Positions 26,556 to 32,000 of a stretch of DNA of 32,000 bases are shown in pieces; position 1 is the first letter of the stretch; each line of letters opens with the position of its first letter. Source of the DNA: Candidatus Saccharimonadota bacterium (GTDB lineage: Bacteria > Patescibacteriota > Saccharimonadia > Saccharimonadales > Saccharimonadaceae). The notes below the pieces were generated by a model. That model was not told the DNA's origin, ran no database searches, and saw only the letters and a list, made by a program, of their open reading frames with translations. Both the position numbers and the translations under genes were made by a program. The stretch spans positions 480,001 to 512,000 of the forward strand of contig JBAQRV010000001.1 of NCBI GenBank assembly GCA_049296095.1. The letters are read 5' to 3'.

Positions 26556-29054
26556 CTAAGGTGGGTGGCGTGAACGTCGGTATCTTAAAATCAACCAGCT
26601 ACAGCCACCAATCCCAAGTACGCCACCCGCAATAATATAAAGAGGATAAAAAGTTTGGCTATCTGTTAATACTCCCTCGCTAGTATCACCGAGCACCGCC
26701 TGACTACTTTTAACGTTATTACCTTGAGGCTCTACCACTCCCCGCGGAACATCACCTGCTCCTTGCACCTCTTCTACTCTTACCTCATCATCGCGCAGTA
26801 GCAAGCCTTCATCTCTTACCTCTTTGCCAATCGATAGTTCTTGATATAGATCTACCCTTTCGTTCATATAAGAAGTAAAGGCTAGGTGGATCGTATAAAA
26901 TCCTTCTGCCAGATCCGTGGGCAATACCAGAGTGTCTTTTACTGCCCCATGGCCGTCGGCTGCAACAGTTTTTAGATGACGCTGCACCGAACCACCCAGT
27001 CGTATATCAATATTTGAGGAGGGTGTGACAGTATTATCGGGGAGTACTATCTCAATAGGTGTACTGTTATGAGCAACATGTATCGTGCTCAAAAACGACC
27101 CTTCCGCCAAACTCTCTTCGGCGTGCTCGGAGCCCCAATAGCCAGACATCGTCGCGCCCAGACTATTGCCCTCCATGTACACCTGCTGAATAGTCCGAGC
27201 AATCAACTCATGTCCAAACGGCGTCGGATGAAAAGTCTCACTCCCAATAAGCCGCCACGGCCCGATAATCGGCATGTCGTCTCCCAGACGCAGTCCATTC
27301 ATTGCGGGCGTTCGACTGCCGCTACATAGCTGATTCCCCTCAAGGCTTTGCTCGGTATCCACAAACTGTATAGTCTCCGACTCTGCAGCAGCCCGCACAG
27401 TATGATTGAGCAGCTGCAGTGTTTCATCAATAAACTCACGCTCACGACGTTCAAATAGCACACCTGTTATAACGTCACACATACCGTCTGGCTGAATAAT
27501 CCGCGGATAGCCTATCGCCAGAAAAGCAGTGCTAGGTGACAACTGTTTAAGGCGACGATACATACCCGCCAGTTGATCAAACAGACCTAAAATCTCGTCC
27601 CGCACCTTAGTACGATTCTCAATTGACACCCATTCGCACAGGCCAGGCATCGCACATGTCCGCAGCTTTGTCATGACCCCAGCACTATTGCCGCCAATCC
27701 CGATCGTAGCCACACGTGGCTCATAACGCTCAACAAACTCTTCTTGTAGCACTCTGCCAGGTTGAAACCCTTGAAGAGCCCGTGCTTGTGCATACCCCCG
27801 AGCTGATATGCTCAAACCCAACCCTCCCGCACCCAGTCTCTCGCCCTGCCCCTCATATACACTTCCTACTCCAACCACGTCACTAATCTTTGCACCCGAG
27901 CACGCCACGTTCTTTGTCGATAAAAAGCTGAGTAGCCGACCTAATAAGAACGGATACGACCGATTGCTGGTATGACACTTTTCGTACGTCTCATTAGTAC
28001 CTGTCAGATAGCGACTGTCTTCAGCCTCCCCTTCACCGCTACTAAACGAGTCGCCCATGCCTAAATATTCCAATGAAACGGTTTCAAATCCTGGCAACCG
28101 AAGTCGTATATACCGTGTCGTTTCGTCCCCCAACCTTACAATGAACGACAACTGTGTACCAGTCTGATTGAATTCAGGATCGTACATCGTCCGATAGTTA
28201 GGCGCAACAAGATTCATGTTAATCGGTGCCAAAGGACACCTCACCACCTCATCGGCAAATAATCGGCCCATTTCCATCCGAACAGCATCGCCACACCCTG
28301 GCGTAATCTGTATCACGGTAAATCCAGTTCGCTCACCCATAACCGCCAAGGTGCGTCCGTCATTTGATAATGCCATTTCGACGGACGGATCAAATCCAAA
28401 GCCGTACTTCATACCCTGCGCTAACACTCTTCGCGTCTCAAATGTCTCAAGATTCACGACAATAATGCCAAACTCTCGATACTCAATCGCCGCCCATTTC
28501 CCATTCTCGGAACTTGCAATCCCCTCGACCGCCAAAGGTGTCCCATTGTCATATGACAAAGTAAAATCAGGCTGAGAACTATCGAAAACAAAGCGAACCG
28601 CAGATGTAACAGGGTCGGCTATTCTTTGGATTCTTTGCGACACGTTTTTATAGACCCTTACTCCAAGGTGTGGCGATGCCGTATAAAATCGCGCAATCAA
28701 GGTGTCGCTGTTTGGCATGTATATACAGCTAATTGTCGAGCAAGCTCCCTCTAGACCATGGAATTCACGACCCGAGGGATAGCGAACCACCGCTCTTGGT
28801 GTGCCATGACTCCCTGTGGTGACTGCAATACTCAGTTTCTCTCCTTCATACACACAAGCCGGTACCTGAACCCCTACGCCCTTTACATTCACTGATTGGT
28901 AATAGGTTGGACAGTACGGCGACCAATTAAACAGGACTGGCTGCGAGTAATGAACATATGGAGCCACACTCGACCAATCGCCAGCTATGACCGGCGCGGC
29001 CGACAAAAACGCATAAGAAAGAATGCATCCGACGATGCTTAAAACAGCCCTCAC
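26556..29054 (-). CDS. large secreted, C-terminally membrane-anchored SGNH/GDSL hydrolase with beta-propeller-like N-terminal domain
   Basis: Signal-like RAVLSIVGCILSYAFLSAAPVIAG. Repeats of the type SENGKWAAIEY, SNDGRTLAVMG and NQTGTQLSFIV. GDSL block GMGDSFSSGEG and a later FHPTPFGH. C-terminal TM LYIIAGGVLGIGGCSWLIL followed by RYRRSRHPP. The GTG 29054 start has GGGAGG 11 nt upstream; the ORF-track TTG 29123 remains possible. Confidence 0.75.
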   Translation of the reverse strand: MRAVLSIVGCILSYAFLSAAPVIAGDWSSVAPYVHYSQPVLFNWSPYCPTYYQSVNVKGVGVQVPACVYEGEKLSIAVTTGSHGTPRAVVRYPSGREFHGLEGACSTISCIYMPNSDTLIARFYTASPHLGVRVYKNVSQRIQRIADPVTSAVRFVFDSSQPDFTLSYDNGTPLAVEGIASSENGKWAAIEYREFGIIVVNLETFETRRVLAQGMKYGFGFDPSVEMALSNDGRTLAVMGERTGFTVIQITPGCGDAVRMEMGRLFADEVVRCPLAPINMNLVAPNYRTMYDPEFNQTGTQLSFIVRLGDETTRYIRLRLPGFETVSLEYLGMGDSFSSGEGEAEDSRYLTGTNETYEKCHTSNRSYPFLLGRLLSFLSTKNVACSGAKISDVVGVGSVYEGQGERLGAGGLGLSISARGYAQARALQGFQPGRVLQEEFVERYEPRVATIGIGGNSAGVMTKLRTCAMPGLCEWVSIENRTKVRDEILGLFDQLAGMYRRLKQLSPSTAFLAIGYPRIIQPDGMCDVITGVLFERREREFIDETLQLLNHTVRAAAESETIQFVDTEQSLEGNQLCSGSRTPAMNGLRLGDDMPIIGPWRLIGSETFHPTPFGHELIARTIQQVYMEGNSLGATMSGYWGSEHAEESLAEGSFLSTIHVAHNSTPIEIVLPDNTVTPSSNIDIRLGGSVQRHLKTVAADGHGAVKDTLVLPTDLAEGFYTIHLAFTSYMNERVDLYQELSIGKEVRDEGLLLRDDEVRVEEVQGAGDVPRGVVEPQGNNVKSSQAVLGDTSEGVLTDSQTFYPLYIIAGGVLGIGGCSWLILRYRRSRHPP

Positions 29055-29142
29055 GTGATTATTCGCCTCCCAATTACCTTCTCTATCTACTCTAAGCCTA
29101 TTCTCAGGAACCAGCAACGCCAATCGAAAAAAGTTAAGAGCA

Positions 29143-29151
29143 TGTTAAAAT
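29143..29151 (+). promoter_or_regulatory. extended -10 element (TGTTAAAAT), leaderless-type promoter for tsaD
   Basis: TGTTAAAAT-GTAACAG-ATG (ATG at 29159). Confidence 0.45.
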
Positions 29152-29158
29152 GTAACAG

Positions 29159-30238
29159 ATGAGAGTCTTGGGAATCGAAAGTAGTTGCGACGAAACAGCC
29201 GCCTCAATTGTTGAGGATGGTCACCTATTGCTCAGTAATGTCGTTAACTCTCAAATCGATATCCATAAAATCTATGGCGGAGTCGTACCAGAAGTTGCGG
29301 CCCGCAGTCACCTCGAAGTTATTAACCCTGTCATTGAACAGGCGCTGACCGATGCACATCTTACTTGGGACGATATTGATGCCATCGCCGTGACGTATGC
29401 CCCAGGCCTAATCGGGTCGCTTTTAGTCGGAACCCTTGCGGCACGGACCTTAGCAGTCACTAAAAATAAACCCCTCTACCCTATCCATCACGTCGAGGCT
29501 CACGTTTACGCCAACTTTATTACCGACCAAAAAAACGGCCTCGAACTAACATTGCCACCAGAACAGCCAGACTTCCCTATGCTTGCCCTTATTGTCAGCG
29601 GTGGCCATTCGCAGCTCGTGCTATTTAAAGATCATGGCAATTACGAGCTTCTCGGCCAAACCCAAGACGATGCCGTTGGTGAAGCCTTTGATAAAGTTGC
29701 CAAAATTCTCGGCCTCCCCTACCCTGGTGGTCCGTCAATTGCCCAAGCTGCCCTCGAAGGCGACCCTCGCGCCTACCCACTCCCAAAAGCAAGGATGCAA
29801 GGGGCCTATGATTTCAGTTTCTCTGGCCTCAAAACAGCCGTTCTCAGAGCCGTACAGCGCGAAGTGGGCGTTGAGACATCTTTTCCATCCAGCGAGCTTG
29901 CAGCGCGCCTAGACGACGTCCAGAAGGCAAACTTCGCCGCCAGCTTCCAACGAGTGGCAATCGAGACGCTAGTTGATAAGGCAGAAGCGGCATTTAACGA
30001 TTACTCCCCCGCTTCCGTCGTCATCGCCGGCGGTGTCGCTGCCAATCAAGAACTTCGCCGACAATTATCAGAGCGCTTGCCTCTCTCTATCGAGTACGCC
30101 CCAATGAGTCTCTGTACAGATAATGCTGCGATGATCGCAACTCTTGGCTATTTCTACGCTCAAAAGAAAAGGCCAATCTCCCCACTCGATCTCGAGGTTA
30201 TCCCTAGCCTTTCGATGACAAAGACAGCCTGGGCTTGA
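29159..30238 (+). CDS. tsaD: tRNA N6-adenosine threonylcarbamoyltransferase
   Basis: VLGIESSCDETA, the metal-binding HHVEAH, VSGGHSQL and IAGGVAANQELR, which are classic Kae1/TsaD motifs. Confidence 0.95.
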   Translation: MRVLGIESSCDETAASIVEDGHLLLSNVVNSQIDIHKIYGGVVPEVAARSHLEVINPVIEQALTDAHLTWDDIDAIAVTYAPGLIGSLLVGTLAARTLAVTKNKPLYPIHHVEAHVYANFITDQKNGLELTLPPEQPDFPMLALIVSGGHSQLVLFKDHGNYELLGQTQDDAVGEAFDKVAKILGLPYPGGPSIAQAALEGDPRAYPLPKARMQGAYDFSFSGLKTAVLRAVQREVGVETSFPSSELAARLDDVQKANFAASFQRVAIETLVDKAEAAFNDYSPASVVIAGGVAANQELRRQLSERLPLSIEYAPMSLCTDNAAMIATLGYFYAQKKRPISPLDLEVIPSLSMTKTAWA

Positions 30239-30252
30239 GCTTAGCCCACCTC

Positions 30253-30281
30253 TTGACATTTGATCGTGGTTATGCTATATT
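30253..30281 (+). promoter_or_regulatory. near-consensus sigma-70 promoter (TTGACA-17-TATATT with a TGC extension)
   Basis: TTGACA at 30253-30258, an exact 17-nt spacer ending in TGC, and TATATT at 30276-30281. It lies upstream of the 30321 CDS. Confidence 0.6.
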
Positions 30282-30320
30282 TAAGGCAGAACCTACACTA
30301 AACAAACAGGATCATAAACA

Positions 30321-30734
30321 GTGGTAGAAGCACCTCACATGGCACCCGAACAGCATGAATTGAGCAGTCGTAAAAAAGCTATCAATCAAATTATTTATGA
30401 TGTTGAGACCGAGAACGCAAACCTCCCCTGGAATGAACAACTTCCCGTCTCTGACCGACGCATTGAGACCAAGCGACGTCTCATTAATCAGTTTGGTGAG
30501 CTTATTATCGAACAATTCCGTGTTGGAGAAGGGACCGATCCTGAACTTGACGATGCAATCAAACATGTCAGTAAACTTCTCGATAAATACGAACTAGTAG
30601 ACGAATCTACTCAGACAAAGCAAGAAGTCACATCAGCACTAGATGACTTAGCACTAAAAGAACAATCAGAGATCGCTCAGCGTATGATTGCCGATTTCAA
30701 AAACAAGAACCACACAGAGACAACCGACGCCTAA
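30321..30734 (+). CDS. hypothetical acidic protein (about 131-137 aa)
   Basis: Clean ORF downstream of the near-consensus promoter. The start is ambiguous between GTG 30321 (AGGA 9 nt upstream) and ATG 30339. No family recognised. Confidence 0.5.
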   Translation: MVEAPHMAPEQHELSSRKKAINQIIYDVETENANLPWNEQLPVSDRRIETKRRLINQFGELIIEQFRVGEGTDPELDDAIKHVSKLLDKYELVDESTQTKQEVTSALDDLALKEQSEIAQRMIADFKNKNHTETTDA

Positions 30735-31705
30735 CGTCGTAACTTCTGCAAAATAGCCTTAGCCGTTGGTAGCCCTTTACTCCAAAGAGAATAAGTAGGG
30801 GACAGCGGCTTATCAAATGTGCCCGCAAAGACAGTTTCTTCTTCGCTCCACCCCTGTTTAAAGACTGAAACACCGCCAACCACGAGGCCACCAAAGTCAT
30901 ACTGCGTAATACCCCATTCTTTCACCTTACGGATCGCAAACCACTTGAGGGCGTAGTTAGCTCGCAGACGCTGACCATCCTCATTCATACCCCCGTAGAG
31001 TTCGTATGCCGTGTCGGCACTGATCGCTAACCACAGGAATGCAATCGGCTTGCCCTCTAGGTAGGCGGCAAAAATAGGGGAGTGATCGCCCATCAGATTA
31101 AAGACATCGAGGTAGTACTGATTCTGATGTAAATTAAAGCCCGCCCGCTGCGCTGTTTGATGATAAATGTGCAAACACGCCTCCAGATCCTCCTTAGAGC
31201 GCACCTGGCGGATCGTGATGCCCTCAGCGGCCGATTTACGGATATATTGACGAGTTTTCTTTGCCATTACCGCCAGGAGGTCACTTTCGCTCTTTTGAAG
31301 GTCCAGTAGTATCGTTTCAGCAGACAATACCTTGTTATTCGAGCGCTGCCACCCCTCAGGCTTTTCAAACTCAAAACTATTCGGCTCAATCGAGAGAGCG
31401 ACCGAACGATAGTCGCGTTTTACCATCGCAGCAATTGCATTTAAGAATTCATCCTTATGGCTGTTCTCAACGAGAGGTCCCCGAGGAATATAGGCAAACG
31501 AGCGAAAGGGAAGTGGTAGCTTACGGATTAATACCTGAGCGGCTCCAACAATCTTGTCATCGTCATAAGCAAAGACACGTTCTGCCGTCCAGCCATGCCC
31601 AGCCTTTACCTGACCCCAGCCCCAAAGCTGAAGTGGATGTCCACCGTTCTCTAGTACATACTCATCCCACTGCTCTTTGTCGCTGCACTTTTGAATCTCA
31701 ATCAT
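30731..31705 (-). CDS. FemAB-family peptidoglycan interpeptide-bridge aminoacyltransferase (paralog 2)
   Basis: FemX-like pattern (HPLQLWGWGQVK, AYIPRGP, KTRQYIRKSAAEGI, AYELYGGMNEDG, NYALKWFAIRKVKEWG). ATG 31705 (MIEIQK...) is preferred over TTG 31720 because TATAAT lies 6 nt upstream. Confidence 0.8.
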   Translation of the reverse strand: MIEIQKCSDKEQWDEYVLENGGHPLQLWGWGQVKAGHGWTAERVFAYDDDKIVGAAQVLIRKLPLPFRSFAYIPRGPLVENSHKDEFLNAIAAMVKRDYRSVALSIEPNSFEFEKPEGWQRSNNKVLSAETILLDLQKSESDLLAVMAKKTRQYIRKSAAEGITIRQVRSKEDLEACLHIYHQTAQRAGFNLHQNQYYLDVFNLMGDHSPIFAAYLEGKPIAFLWLAISADTAYELYGGMNEDGQRLRANYALKWFAIRKVKEWGITQYDFGGLVVGGVSVFKQGWSEEETVFAGTFDKPLSPTYSLWSKGLPTAKAILQKLRR

Positions 31706-31711
31706 ACCCCC

Positions 31712-31717
31712 ATTATA
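31712..31717 (-). promoter_or_regulatory. -10 element (TATAAT), leaderless-type promoter for FemAB paralog 2
   Basis: The minus strand reads TATAAT-GGGGGT-ATG (ATG at 31705). Confidence 0.4.
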
Positions 31718-31729
31718 CAACGGGGGTTA

Positions 31730-31738
31730 TGCTATAAT
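31730..31738 (+). promoter_or_regulatory. extended -10 element (TGCTATAAT) for valS
   Basis: TGCTATAAT lies 75 nt upstream of the valS GTG, back-to-back with the FemAB paralog 2 promoter. The same GGTTATGCTATA core occurs at 30268-30279. Confidence 0.45.
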
Positions 31739-31813
31739 ACAAAACAAGAATAAAAGCGTGAATTATTACAAAATTATTAAATATTTCACGTGCATTAACG
31801 CAGAGACTTTCGT

Positions 31814-32000
31814 GTGAAACTAGCTAAAGCTTACGATCCTAATCAGTACGAACCAAACATCTACGCTCTATGGGAACAGAGTGGCGCTTTCAAGCCATCT
31901 GGAGAGGGCGAGCCTTTCAGTACGGTTATGCCACCGCCAAATGCAAATGGAAATCTCCATATTGGCCATGGGCTTGATGCTGCAATTAAAGACATCGTTG
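31814..32000 (+). CDS. valS: valine--tRNA ligase, N-terminal fragment (continues past the right edge)
   Basis: KLAKAYDPNQYEPNIYALWEQSGAFKP ... PPPNANGNLHIGHG (HIGH motif). GTG 31814 is the only start codon after the in-frame TAA at 31796. Confidence 0.85.
   Translation, partial: MKLAKAYDPNQYEPNIYALWEQSGAFKPSGEGEPFSTVMPPPNANGNLHIGHGLDAAIKDIV

Noticed and set aside
31739-31813. T-box or other riboswitch in the valS leader
   Set aside because: The leader is only about 75 nt. It contains one 7-bp hairpin with an AT-rich loop (31756-31791), which is far too short for a T-box. I found no specifier, T-box sequence or terminator/antiterminator pair.
1-32000. CRISPR arrays, IS elements, prophage or integrase genes, rRNA
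   Set aside because: I found no regularly spaced direct repeats, no transposase, integrase or recombinase-like translations in any frame of the ORF track, and no rRNA-like sequence.

Overview
This 32-kb window is almost wholly coding: about 33 CDS and one tRNA, with most intergenic gaps under 100 bp. Hand counts of several 60-nt lines give roughly 45-55% G+C. The content is mainly housekeeping: dnaG-rpoD, orn, mscL, argS, pyrG, zwf, a class I ribonucleotide reductase operon (nrdA, an unlisted 58-aa ORF, nrdB), an ABC-F ATPase, tRNA-Ser(GGA), a MacB/FtsX-type ABC exporter and PGI/PMI. There is also a cell-wall group (two divergent FemAB-family genes, a murE-like ligase, a large SGNH-hydrolase surface protein), tsaD and the 5' end of valS. 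The gene set, the tight packing and the many leaderless-type promoters fit a reduced-genome, Gram-positive-type bacterium such as a Saccharibacteria/CPR lineage; this is inference only. I saw no rRNA, CRISPR array, transposase or integrase. The only non-housekeeping stretch is 16.4-18.6 kb, between the nrdA control region and the ABC-F gene. It holds an NTF2-like gene, a 62-aa ORF, a 266-aa protein with motif-level resemblance to YcaO enzymes, and a sharply bounded high-GC single-gene cassette of about 0.58 kb (about 65-72% G+C, about 92% GC3) with its own SD and a GC-rich hairpin. This islet is the best candidate for something new. Other notable points: NrdB has the class Ic signature (Phe at the radical-Tyr position). 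NrdA lacks the usual C-terminal Cys pair, while the 58-aa ORF between nrdA and nrdB ends in CDSCQ. DnaG has lost all four zinc-ribbon ligands. A repeated ATATGTGG-type operator motif overlaps the nrd promoters. All functional calls rest on my reading of the translations; no database search was possible.
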